In this document: one piece after another, positions 50,881 through 63,659 of the stretch
Layout of the letters: the number at the start of each line of letters is the position of its first letter
Numbering within the stretch: position 1 is the stretch's first letter
Assembly: GCA_009103225.1 (NCBI GenBank)
Contig: RHPI01003009.1
Span: 461,465-525,464 of the forward strand
Direction: 5' to 3'
Length of the DNA stretch: 64,000 bases
From: Chlorokybus atmophyticus
Taxonomy: Eukaryota; Plantae; Mesostigma and Chlorokybus algae
Made by a program: the position numbers and the translations under genes
The notes under the pieces: generated by a model
What the model was told of the DNA's origin: nothing
The model's input: the letters and a program-made list of their open reading frames with translations, nothing else
Databases searched by the model: none

Positions 50881-52920
50881 GTGGTATTGGTACACCAGTA
50901 ACTCCTTACCACCACAAGGTGGTAGCCATGCCTTTATACTACATGTTGCTCTCCAACCTAGCACCTAGAATGTCCGAGGCTAACAGGAGCTCGCCTCCTA
51001 TGCGCTGACCTATCAGCATAAGCTGACTTTTTCCAACCTCGGACACATCAACAATAAAAGCAACATTCTTGGTGCTTTAGCGACTGTGCGCTTAACACCA
51101 ACAAGTCTTGTACTTACCGGTAGACAGTGCCTTATGTAGCAGCGAGGTTTTTAAACACCAAGTGCATAACTTCATGAGCACATCTACCAGGTGCTACGTA
51201 CGCTATAATTATACGGGATCGTCTCTTAGTCCTTAATATTTCAGTAAGAATCTGAGAGTGGCTTAAGCCAGTCTTTCAAACGTGACAAATGGCACACTTG
51301 GAACTCTGCGTGTAAGTTGTCTGGGTACGCCCCCATCAACGAGGGAGTTTAAACCTGCACCCAGGGTGCGCAATTACGTCATGTTATCAACATCGTGTTA
51401 ACCTTGTGTCAGTTATTGCAAGATGTGGCTAAAGATGTATTGTATCATACCAAAGTATGTTAAAATGTAATACTTACATGATCAACATGAGTACACAGTA
51501 TCCATACGGATTATATATAATCTTTTGCATGTTCACATTTTATGATTACCTTTTTTGCTTTGCATAATATCAATATATGTAATATAAATACGATATGAGT
51601 TACTTCATGCAGGGTATATTATACGCGGGTATCATTACGTCGCGTGATTGTGTCCCAACCTTTCAATATGATTTTGAAATGCATACATGTTTTGCAATGT
51701 GAAGCTTTTGTTAAAGTCATATCTTAATGTAGTTGCTAATTATTAAGTGCACAATCATTCAATATTGGTATGACATGGCATGTGCAAAAGCCCCTTTCAG
51801 CTCTATACACCGCTATGTCACATGTTTTGCAATATTGTCTCGAAAGCAAGCGCTCAGCAAGAGAAATGCATGTATTCGTGCGCTCTGGTCGTTACCCTAT
51901 GCTTGCGGTTGTCCATGCTTGCATCTCAAACCCCCGCTCTTGCTTGAGGGTCTAGCTTGGAGTTTGGTTTAATGTCCGTCGCTGTCAGGTTGTAAGCTCT
52001 GTCAAAAATAAGCGCACGCAAGCAAGTAAATGAAGTATACTTATCCATTTCCTTGCTTGCGTGCCCTTATGCTTGTGCCACCCTTCATGTGCCATGTGTG
52101 TGCTCGACTTTTCTCGGGGTGTGCTTCGCGCAACTCTACTGTAAGTTATGTGCTTACCGTAAGTATGTTGTAACTAGTTACTTCATAGCAAAATGCTATT
52201 ATCAATACTAGTATTTCGATTCGCATACCAGATTATCATGCCTCATTTGAATAAACAATGTTGTGTTATGTGTATGGACATCAGCCTCCATTGTGCGATG
52301 CCCTTATAGGTATCTATATCAAATTGTATGCCTAGCTTTTATGCACCAACAATAGTGCAATGATACACATCATTGTCCCTGATTGATGCATAGTTATGTG
52401 CTTGCACATAGCTATGCACTACTTACCTTGTGACTCTATATATCCGCGCGATTCAAACACAAGCTGGCCCTTTGGCTCTTTACCTTCCCCCCCCGCCCCC
52501 GCTCTNNNNNNNNNNNNNNNNNNNNNNNNNNNNNNNNNNNNNNNNNNNNNNNNNNNNNNNNNNNNNNNNNNNNNNNNNNNNNNNNNNNNNNNNNNNNNNN
52601 NNNNNNNNNNNNNNNNNNNNNNNNNNNNNNNNNNNNNNNNNNNNNNNNNNNNNNNNNNNNNNNNNNNNNNNNNNNNNNNNNNNNNCCCCGCCGAGCTTGC
52701 TCTTCTTTGCATGCACTCAACTCGCGTCTCAATAGCAATCTGCCCAAGCTAATACCCTTGTCCAATTACTTGCTCGCACTTGTGCTGGTTGCTTATATTG
52801 CACCAACACCTGTATCTATGCATAGAAGTGTACATCTCGGAAGCAGTAATGTGCGATCCAATCCGATGCATGGTGTGAGACCTGCCAGCTACACCTAGCC
52901 AGTTGCGTTGAGCAGGCATA

Positions 52921-55392
52921 CTATGCCGGAACAGCCACAGCTGCACTTTTCTTGCTGACCAACTCGCTAACATACTCGCGAGCCCATTGGTCATAATGCA
53001 CAATTTCGTCCAAGGATGGCGACAGCACCAGCTCGTCTTGATGCTTCTCGCAAGCTTGCTCTATCATCTTGATAATATCCAAGTACCCAATCCTGCAAAG
53101 AAGCGCACATGAACCCTTGCAACCGGCCTTGGTCAAACAATACGCGCGTGCCTTGCTAGCAGCCAACAATATCCTTCATGCAAAAGACAGGCAACAGACT
53201 GCTTACTTCTCGTCAATGAACAACTCCACAGCACGCTCGTTCGCAGCGCTGAGCACGCCAGTCATGGTGCCGCCAGCTCTGCCGGCAGCGTATGCGAGCT
53301 GCATGGAGGGGTACTTTTTGTGGTCAGGGGCGCGGAAGTCAAGTTTGCCGACCTTCACAAAATCTAGTCGAGGCCAAGTAACCTCTGAGCAATTAATTCT
53401 TCTTGGCCATGACAGGGTGTACAAAATCGGCAGGCGCATGTCTGGCCACCCGAGCTGAGCCAGGACTGAGGAGTCCTGTTATAATAGTAATTACAAAAAG
53501 GGAGTGACATCTCCAATGCAACGATGGGATCGCAATTCACTAGGTCAACCTTCGCATCTCGCGCACCTGCGTCTCCACCATCGAATGGATGATGCTCTGC
53601 GGGTGGATGACAATCTCAATGTTGTCGTAATCAGCACCAAACAGATAGTGCGCCTCAATAACCTCCAACCCCTGCACGTGCCAAATGTTTGAGCCTGTGC
53701 ACGTGACACAATCTACACATCGTACCAATGGGTGTGAGGCAAGATGCACCTTGTTCATAAGAGTTGCGCTATCAATGGTGATCTTCTTGCCCATGCTCCA
53801 GTTGGGATGCTTTAGCGCGTCAGCAACAGTCACACTTGACAGCTTCTCCACCGGAAGGTCCCTGAATGCACCGCCGGAGGCAGTAAGGATGACGCGGCGA
53901 AGCCCACCTTCTGGCAGGCCTTGTATGCACTGCACCAGACAGCTGATGAGCACCCTAACCGCTGCATGCACTTCACCTACCAGTGCAATGAGTGCATACT
54001 TTCACAACACCAAACAGCCCAAGCTGCAGTCATTGAAAGCAGACAGTTAATGAATTAAGCAGCATGAGCCAAGTCACCTGGAAAATTGCTGAGTGTTCTG
54101 AATCTGCTGGTAAAATGTGCACTCCATGCTTCTTGGCAAGAGGCAGTACGTACGGGCCTCCAGCAATGAGAGTCTCCTTGTTGGCAAGAGCAATATCCTA
54201 ACCACATTGTGCCAGCTTGGCTGTGTGTATACATATACAGCAAAACAGCAGCACAGTGGGTATGATACAGCGACAGTGGACAGTCAGAAGGCCACATAAA
54301 GACTTGGACAACTCCCGGGCCGTCAACAAAACCATGGCTGATGACCTGTAGGTTGAGATATCTTGTACTGTAAACTTTACCTTGCCAGCTTCAATGGCTG
54401 CGCACGTGGGCTTCAATCCAGCGCAGCCAACAATGCCAGTGACCACAACATCAGCGTCAGCGAACCGTGCCACCTCGCAGATGCCGGCATCCCCTGCAAC
54501 GATTTCCGGCGGGGCATCCATGTCGCTCAGTTCATGCCGCAGCTGTGCAACATTCTTGCTATCCCTCACCGAAATCAGCTTTGGCTTGAACTTGCGCACC
54601 TGCATGAGTTATCCTGCTGCATTGGTTAACAGGGCACTGCTGTGCTTGGCCCGTTATCCTGCGACTGTGACCAATTCTCACTCTCACTCGCTAAGTATTG
54701 AGCTGTTACTCCGTTTCCATGCGCGGTTGAGCAGCATGCGACATGCTTGATATGGAGTATGCTTGCTTGAGGTGGTGCCATTGCATGCACCACAACATCT
54801 GAGCAAATGTGCCAACATGCAACAACGATTTACGAGCTGCATGGGAAAACTGTGATTGATATACTGCATGCAATAAACGAGCCGGTTGGTCGCACAATGG
54901 TCCACGGATTGACGCAAAGCGATTGTGTAGCAACGCGCTATCCCTTCTCCAGCTGCATGCTAGAAAGGTTTCTTTTGGCCCGGCAGGCGAGTGTAGTGTA
55001 CTACTGATAGACTTGCGAATGCCAGCTCTTACCTGTTCCACAAAGAGGTTGACATTGCTCCCGGCGGACATGGCGACCACCTCAAACTCATTGGGATGCT
55101 CAGCCACAATGTCCAGCGTCTGAGTGCCGATGCTGCCAGTGCTGCCGACGAGTGAGATCCTCTTGGGGCCATCGCTTATCGTTCCCGCTTCCTCCGGCAC
55201 TACAGCTCGTCCAGGCCAGGCAGGAGGAGGCGACGTCTGCTCGGCGGAGGCGGAAGCGCGCGAAACCCTAACCCTAGTGGCAGGCCTGCTGCTGCTGCTG
55301 CTCCTCCTCTGCTGTGGCCTGGGCTTACCTCCCACCAGGGCCTTGGCAGGCGCCTGCGCCAACGCCGCCATTTGATGTACAACCGCAGCCAT
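52921..55392 (-). CDS. DXR: 1-deoxy-D-xylulose-5-phosphate reductoisomerase (MEP pathway), with plastid transit peptide
   Basis: [110 protein letters not shown] and LSAANE are all present. There is an N-terminal Ser/Arg-rich extension with the plant-type PPPAWPG motif. The start is ATG 55392 or 55371. Confidence 0.98.
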
Positions 55393-56048
55393 GGTGGGCA
55401 AACCTCAGCACCGTCCTCCCGCCGCAACCACCGCCACCGCCACCGCCACCGACGCCTACGTGGCTGACATTGTCGTGCATGTGGTAGCAGATAAGGCTGC
55501 AGCGCATCCAAGCCGTTCGATCACTCCTGCCTGGCTGCCAACCTCGGCATCGCACGGTGCACTTGCGGCCCAGCGGCTTCGTCGGATTTAAGCAGAAGGG
55601 TCTGGTGTACATAAAGTATGGAAATCCCCCAGTCAGGTACTTACCTGGCTGGGGTCTATCCGCGATCACCAAGGCGGATGGCCTGGGCTGCGTGGCTTCC
55701 ATTGCACTTAGGTTGCTGCAACGCCCAACAACACCCTACGGGGTGTCTGTACAGCAAAATTTGTGCCAGAGGGGGCTTGCGCTTGCGCGGCCCCCACCAC
55801 CCTTTTTCATACACCAACACACTGCAGTGCCCACACCATCCCCGACTACACTTCGCCAACATACACATTGCAGGCAACCATACACCACTTCTACCATTGA
55901 ATGCCGAAAGTCCGTCAAATGTCCCCACTACCCTTGACCACGCTACCCGAAGTGGTACGTACAAACATACACACTATAGGCACCCATACATTATTACTAC
56001 ACCTCAATGCACAAGGCCTTTTGTATGTCCCTAACCCATAACCACACT

Positions 56049-56385
56049 TGTAAGGGAGGGGTGCTATCGCCCCCCTCAAATCCCCTACCCCAACACCGCC
56101 ACCAGCCAGGCCATCTACCACGCCGCCGCCAGAGGCAACTGCCGGAGCAGAAGCTCCCCTGGCTATGGCGGTCGTTGCGTTCGCAGCGCCGCCATACAGC
56201 TCTTAGCGACGCCAGACATGAGTCTCGTGTCGATATCAGTGTTACAGATAAGTAACGCTGCATTAAGGCTTTAACGCTAGGTTAACGGCCTTAATACGGC
56301 TTGATTGGCTGTATATACCCGTTGGGATCCTTATGTAATCCTAAATAAGGGCGGGGAACCTCTATAGAGGTAGCACTCCGTTAAA
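56049..56385 (-). repeat. LTR of the gypsy element (3' LTR in element orientation)
   Basis: Starts TGTAAGGGAG and ends CTCCGTTAAA on the + strand, an imperfect terminal inverted repeat. The purine-rich GGGCGTGGGA precedes it on the minus strand (PPT-like). It contains the palindrome ACCTCTATAGAGGT at 56358-56371. Confidence 0.8.
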
Positions 56386-56662
56386 TCCCACGCCCNNNNN
56401 NNNNNNNNNNNNNNNNNNNNNNNNNNNNNNNNNNNNNNNNNNNNNNNNNNNNNNNNNNNNNNNNNNNNNNNNNNNNNNNNNNNNNNNNNNNNNNNNNNNN
56501 NNNNNNNNNNNNNNNNNNNNNNNNNNNNNNNNNNNNNNNNNNNNNNNNNNNNNNNNNNNNNNNNNNNNNNNNNNNNNNNNNNNNNNNNNNNNNNNNNNNN
56601 NNNNNNNNNNNNNNNNNNNNNNNNNNNNNNNNNNNNNNNNNNNNNNNNNNNNNNTGCTTTTA

Positions 56663-56706
<44 letters not shown>

Positions 56707-59596
56707 AAAAATTAGGTTTTAATGTCCTCATCGAAAGGCAAAGCCCCACCATGAGCACTGAATATCAAAGTGAGTGAACCAGCGCCGAAGCGATAAAGAT
56801 GTCTGTCAGCACCCTTTTACCATCCGCGTGTAGACACATCAGTCCAGTACCCCCAGAGCATCTCTTAGCAGTTGGTAAGATTCCTTTCGGGCTGACACGT
56901 GTTGTGCTCAACACCATACCCTTTCCATTTCACCAAGTAAGACGGCGCGCGTCCGCGTGGTGGCTTACGGTGATTCAGGATTGCTTCCACTTCATACTTA
57001 AAAGTATCGTCGCCATCCACTGCAATGGGGGGTGGAAGAGGTTGAACCGGACCGTCAGAACGGTACGGTTTTTGTACACGTACATGAAACACATTGTGAA
57101 TCCGTATCAATTTCGGTAAGTTCAAACGATATGCGTGAGTGCCGACCCGATTACTCACTGTAAAAGGGCTAATCCAACGAGGGAGAAAAACTTGCGGGTA
57201 CCCACTCCCTTGACGGATACATTTTTAGTACTCAGAAGCACCGAACAATTCACATCGTAGTTGACCTTTCTACGATACGCATCAGCTTGGGCTTTTTGTG
57301 GAGCAATGTGTCTTGCGCTACGCGCAAACAGTCATTTGCCAACGCTAACTTATCATATATGGCCATCTCACGCGCTGCAGGTACGCGAGTAATGTCAATA
57401 GCGAGCGACTTGATATTCGCAGGACTTAGTGGATGCATGCCGTAATTCAGCAAAAAAGGAGTTTTCTGCACTCTCTCTAGCCATGCATTATTGATAGCAA
57501 ACTCAGCCATAGAAAGATAGACATCTCAATCACTCCGGTTTGGACTCATATAATGTCGGATGGTTTCCTCAATCACTTCATTGGCGCGTTCAGTCTGACC
57601 ATCCGTCTGCAGATGATACGCTGTACTTAAGTTTTGTTGAATCTGTAAGAAGCTGCATAGCAATTTTGCGAAATTGAGCCACAATTTGCGGATTGCAATC
57701 AGACATAAAGCGGGGCAAGCCAAGTAACTTAATACAGACGCGACAAAAACCATCGCTAACTCACGAGAGTCTAGATATGTACGAAAAGGAACAATGTGAA
57801 CCATTTTGGTTAAACGGTCCACAAAAACTGCAACCGTAGTGTGACCTACTACTGTCTCTAGGAGCTCAGTAATCAGGTCCATACTCACACTTTCCCATTT
57901 GCCATAAGGAACAAGCAATGGTTGCAGCAACCCAGCAGTTTTCTGACGTAGCGGCTTGCCACGCTGACGTTTGTCATACGTGTCCACATAATGCTTGACG
58001 TTACCAGGCAACAATGGCCACTAATACAAGTGTTGCGCTGCCTTAACAGTCTTGCGATTGCTAAAGTGCCCAGCGTACGGTGGATCGTATACATCAGCTA
58101 TGGGTCTGGAGCGTACCCTTGCACAACAGCTTGCACCTATTCATTGTCAAGAGACAACGTACCGCGCGTCGCAAACATAATTGCCAAAAGTGACGGACAG
58201 CGACTCAGGATCAGCAAAATGATTTTGCCTGGCTGGTATACCCAATTTAAAGTGAACCGAGATAGGAACTCATTTTAGCGAGCTTGTCTACCTGACAAAT
58301 TTTGCTGTGTCGAGAGGTACACCAATGGATTATGATCAGTCACCACTGTGAACTGGACCCCCTCCAAGTAACATCGCCATGTTTTCAAAGCATGTACTAT
58401 GCCAAGTAAATCTTGCTTAGTGGTAGTTTAGTTCACCTCTGCTGGGATGCACTTCCTACTCTCATAAGCACATGCTCTGCCATCCTGCAACCGTACTGCA
58501 CCACACCCAAGGGTGGACGCATCGCTAACCGCAGTGAAGTGCTTGTCCCAGTTCGGCAACGTTAACACTGGAGCCGAAGTAAAAGCTAGCTTCACCTGTT
58601 GCATAGCAGCTTCTTGTTCAGCTGCCCACAAGAGTGGAGCGTCTTTTCGCAACAGTTTTATTAAAGGCGCCACAAATGTAGAATACCCCATCATAAACTT
58701 GCAAAAGTAGTTTGCTAATCCCAAGAATGATCGTAAGTGATGTACATTCTTAGGTTGAGGCCAATCCTTTACGACTTGCACCTTGCAAGGGTCAGGTTTA
58801 ACACCCGTTCCGCTCACAATGTGCCCCAGAAATATACAATATATATATACATAATCATGCAATGTAAACCAATATAGACACCTAGATTAACAGCTAGGCA
58901 GCGGTAGGTGTTTGTAATCAAGTTGTCCGCTTGCAGATGGCCTGAGAACTCAAACCTAGTTTAGCGGCGCCAAGTATCCAATTACAGCGTTGACTGTAGG
59001 GCAAGCTGTTGCCATAAGCTGCCTTTGTCACCTACCAAGTCACGCCAGTGCGTTTTTATTGATAGAGTGGCTGCGTGATCATCAATAACATTATTAAAGT
59101 AGGCCGCGGGCACGCGGGTACTTGAGCCGGCAATGTTTTGATAATCAGGCTGCAAATGATTGAGACACAATTGTACTATTGCGGTGAAACGACCGACGCT
59201 ATAGCTTTAATGTGGCTATATCCGTGCGTAATTGACGGAATCAGTTTAACACGTGACAAGAGATTCGTACCGACCATCTTTTTAGCTTAAATGCATTGTA
59301 TGGTAACCACTGTGTCCCCAACGGCGTCATAAAAATGGTCAACATTTGCATAAACATCCGTACATGTCCTTGTTATGACCATATTTATTGACAACCGTAA
59401 CGCCCGATCCCCAACGATGTTAGAGATCTGGTACATAATATGCCACCAGCCAAGGATCGTTTGTGACAGGCATTAACTTATATAGGGATCTAGCCATAAA
59501 CCAGTTAGGCATCTTGCGAATCCCCAACGAAATTTGCGCTGGATCTGCAATAAAGTTGGGGATCCGGCCAGACTTACCGAAACCCAACTCTACTGG

Positions 59597-59931
59597 TGGT
59601 AAAGGAGGGGTGCTACCGCCCCCTCTTATCCCCTACCCCAACATCGCCTCCAGCCAGGCCGTCTACCACGCCGGCCGCCAGGGTCAATTGCCGGAGCACA
59701 AGCTCCCCTGGCTATAGCGGCCGCTGCGTTAGCAGTGCCGCCATAGCTGATAATGACACAAGACTCATGTCTCGCATCGATATCAGTAGTACAGATAAAT
59801 AACATTACATTAGGGCCTTGACACTAGGTTAACGGCCCTAATACGGCTTCATTGGCTGTATATACCCGTTGGGACCCTTATTAATCCTAAACAAGGGCGG
59901 GGAACCTCTATAGAGGTAGCACTCCGTTATA
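59597..59931 (-). repeat. LTR of the gypsy element (5' LTR in element orientation)
   Basis: About 80% identical by eye to 56049-56385, with the same 14-bp palindrome at 59904-59917. No recognisable PBS remains. Confidence 0.8.
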
Positions 59932-60916
59932 ACACTATATAAAGCAAGACTTGCAAGGTTATATGATACATCATCATTACTTACGATTGCATAACTTATT
60001 CTTGAAGACCCCTTGAATGTCCCCATTACACATAACCACACTATATAAAGTAATACTTGTATGGTTATTTTTTACACCAATTACTCTTACATACATACGG
60101 CCCTCGTATTGTGGTGCATACGAAGCACAGCCAACGCCGACGTTCTTTTGTACACGTGCATTGAGCTGCACAACAAGATTTAAAAAACACCGGTCATTGC
60201 TGACGTTCAATATCCCTACGTCGATGCATAGGGTGGAGCAAAGGGACTCGCAGCAAGCAAACTCAACACAGCATGTATTTTTTGTTAATGAGAGCACACG
60301 AGCTTGACACTTGTAGCAAATGGCATCTGTGCTAAAGAGGAAGTGTCTGAGGTACATGTGCAACTTAGACATGTACAAATGTTTTTTTTAAGTTCCATCG
60401 TTAGCAACAGCAGCAAGTCTAACATGTGGTATTAGCAGCACTCGTATGTATAAGAGGGATTACGTGCGCAGGCATACTCTGTGAGTACTATGCGTGTCGT
60501 AGGTAGCACCCACGACACGCATATATATGTACGCTTGGTAAGCAGCAACACACACAGAGTAAATACCATGTTACCGTACGACTCCTGGCACAATGAACTT
60601 GAGGACACAAATCAACTACATATCATTTTGAAAGCAACTTTTGCTTTTACAACCTATTACTGATAGTCAACAACCCCTTGCCTTGTTGGAGAAACTTGCT
60701 ACAGCCTATGCACATTTATTCATGGAATGCTTCCCATGCACTCATGCTCACACATATGTGTTGTATTTAATACCGTGATGCAGCAGCCGTAGTAGTAAAG
60801 GTGGCATCATGTGTTTCCGCACAGTATTAAATACTGCATATCAACCACTCGCACGCGCGCACATGCACACAGAATGCAATACTGTTAATAGGTTTGGGGT
60901 AACTTGAGGGCACAAT

Positions 60917-61737
60917 CACGCCTAAAGGGCTTGCGAAAGTCACTCTCAGTTCCTTACTTATGTGGTAAGTAAGAGGGACCAAGTGAAGATTCCGCATGCC
61001 ATGGTGTGTAGCACTTGGCATGTGTGCTTATGCGGTCAGTCCTTGGCTACTTGACCACTACTTAGTAGTTGGGCTTTGTAGCAGCACAAGGCATTGTATA
61101 TATCCGCACACATAGGGCTGTTCGGTGCCATATGCTCTGCATGGCTTGTGGAGTGCCACTGCTGTGCCACTGGGGCAGAAATGGTGCTGCAAGTGGCAAG
61201 TCGCAAGTTAGTCATACAATTTGCCAATATGATGTGTTACGGTCAATCACAGGACGGGTTGTGGCAGTTTACAAATCCGAGGTCATGTGTTTGACAATCT
61301 CGAGGTTTATATACTCCCGAGTTTATGTCCAATGATGGGACATGTGTTGGACACAGTCAGCAGTATGCTGTTAGGTCTGCACACAGTGGCAATGTCTTGG
61401 ACCTTGCAAATGTGAGGTCGGGAAAGCGGCAAGTGGTATATATGCTCAGTAGCAACCTTGAGTAGGGATCAGAGGGTGCTCACCACTCAAGGGCCACTTG
61501 TGTGCGGGTGCCTGGTTGTAGCTGTTGAAGGGGCTCTCCCCTCATCCCTGTGGGGTGGCATTGGTTGGTGACTGCACTTGTGTATGTGGAGGAGCTGTTT
61601 GAGGGCTGGCGGTCCTCTCCTACCGTCCACTGGTGCTGCGTCTCTCCCCTCCGCGAGGTGCTGCACCAGAGTGTGTTGTGCATAAGTTCTTGTGCTTGAG
61701 CATAAGTTGGTGAGGCTCACTAGCAGGCAAGTGGATG
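60917..61737 (+). repeat. Dispersed repeat copy B, a direct repeat of 50059-50880
   Basis: Shares the colinear blocks listed for copy A. Confidence 0.85.
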
Positions 61738-63531
61738 ATATCGTTACAGCATATACATGTTGCGCACAGCTATAATGTAAACAATTGCAGCTCAATAGGC
61801 AGATGCAAAGAGTGTGGGATATGGTACAGGACAATACAACAAATTAACCACTTTGCACACAACTTATGTTGTAGCCGTATAGAAGGCATGTCGCACAATC
61901 TGCGGGGATTTTTGGTGCAACGTTAATGAAACTTTTAATGATTCTTAAGTCGTTTTACAACCTGTTGATCACTTTAAAGCCTCCTACAGCTATTAAGTTA
62001 TGGGAACTCCATTAACTGCCGCGCTTACTAGGACCTAGCATGGTATGGTCCTTCGCTTCAAGGCGGCAGGTTATGGGAGTTTCATTAACTGAAAGCCATT
62101 AGCGCGCACTGCAAAGTGACAAACAGCACTCAATGTGAGTGCTCCGCTAAGATTTATAACCCCGTCGCGCGGATTTGAGGCAAGCGCGCTACCAATTGTA
62201 ACGCGACCGTAGGTAATGCAGACAGGCTGGAAACAACAACTACAAGTAATAACTACAAGTATTTTAACGAATCTCGCCACGGCAGCCGACAACAGTCATA
62301 TTGTTTATGCACCGTGCTTGTCGTTTTGCTGCACGGTGTGGCCTAGTTCAGTTAAGGGTCCTGAGGGGCTTTCGTCTGCCATTTATTGTCTCCGGCATTC
62401 TGATGCGGCTATGCCTGTGGTGACGTTATGAGGCAGGGATTGTTGACGAACGTGTGTCTGCTGTGACGTCCATCAAGTTCGTCGCTTGTAGTGGTCGTTG
62501 CGGTGTGTCGACAGTTGTTGATGTCGTTGTCGGCGATGACAGGAGTTGAGTACGCTGACATGTCTGCCTTGATGTGCGTCATCGCAGTTGGACGCTTCTC
62601 GCGAGGGGGGAGTGAGGGTTTTGGCGCAAGTTTGCGGTAGGTCGTAGGGTCCTGTGGCAGCGGCGGCGGCATTGTTGGCGATGTGGCTGGTGCAGGGGGC
62701 GGTGGGGGCGCCCGCGGTGGCGGCGGTGCAGGGGGGCAGCTGGGCGTGACTCTAGCGCTGCTGTCCATGCAATGATGAATGTGGCGGCGCGGGCGCAGCC
62801 TCTGGGTAGAGACTGCAGCTGTGGTGCGGCTCAGCGTGCCGATGGTCAGCAGAGGGATCGCAGGGCGCCGATTGTGTATGGTCGTGCTCTCAAGGAGCGC
62901 GGGCCTCCTGAGTAGTATCCAGCAGAGCGTGACACCAACTTTTGCCGTGCGCTTATGCGCTAGGTATAGCCGCTTGACTTAATCGCTCACTGTGAGTCAG
63001 CTTTTAGGTTGTGCATGCTGAGTGCTAATGTTGTTGTTGATGCTCAGATGACTCTGCGTGGGCTGATGGTGTGGCCAAGCGAATTGGAAGATGGTGATTT
63101 GGAGACTGTTGAGAGTCATTCCTACATACGATCAGCATCGACCCTCCACACAGGAGTAGAAGGTCGTAAGGACGAGCACTAGGTCCGGACTTAACAAGAT
63201 GGCGTCGTCGGACCAGACTCCGGACTCCAGACTGGAGCCTTACTAACTGCTTTGTATCTCCGCGTATACTTACTCATATTAGGCGTGTGAGAGCTTGTTG
63301 GAAAGCTCTGGTTGTAAGGAAGACAACACAGCTTGGAGCGCGTCAAAAGGCTAAGTATAGCTTACGCAGTGCTTGCAAACGTAGACGTGTGTGTAACTGG
63401 CTGGTATAAGAACCAGCGGACAACTTGTAATAGATGAATGTGATGTGACTTGTGTATGCTCTGGTGGCGGTAGCTCTGTCCGAGTGTATCCATGCTTGCC
63501 TCAGCTACATGTGCATGCTAGTCCTTCAACA

Positions 63532-63544
63532 GGTTATGGGCCCA
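63532..63544 (+). promoter_or_regulatory. Primer-binding site for the 5' half of initiator tRNA-Met (copia/hemivirus type)
   Basis: GGTTATGGGCCCA directly abuts the LTR's terminal CA and matches the PBS I recall for Drosophila copia. Confidence 0.8.
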
Positions 63545-63659
63545 CACTACGCTTGAGGAGTGTGAGACTAGCTTGTATGCATAGTAGTTCTACACTACGG
63601 TAGCTTGTTGGTAGCAGAGCCTTGGGTGTCAACTGCAAGTGAAGGCAGGCACGACAGAG

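Larger units (their letters stand above)
56049..59931 (-). mobile_element. Degenerate Ty3/gypsy chromovirus LTR retrotransposon
   Basis: Broken minus-strand pol pieces: RT thumb/RNase H (FLGHIVS...LRSFLGLANY...SDAS), integrase (WESVSMDLI...VFVDRLTKMVH; AEFAINN...TPFLLNYG) and chromodomain (YEVEAIL...YLVKWKGY...NT). They are bracketed by ~335-bp direct repeats, with ACACT on both outer flanks (56044-56048 and 59932-59936). Confidence 0.9.

Noticed and set aside
50059-61737. The two 0.8-kb direct repeats as LTRs of one element carrying DXR
   Set aside because: There are no TG...CA ends, TSD, PBS or PPT, and DXR retains its introns.
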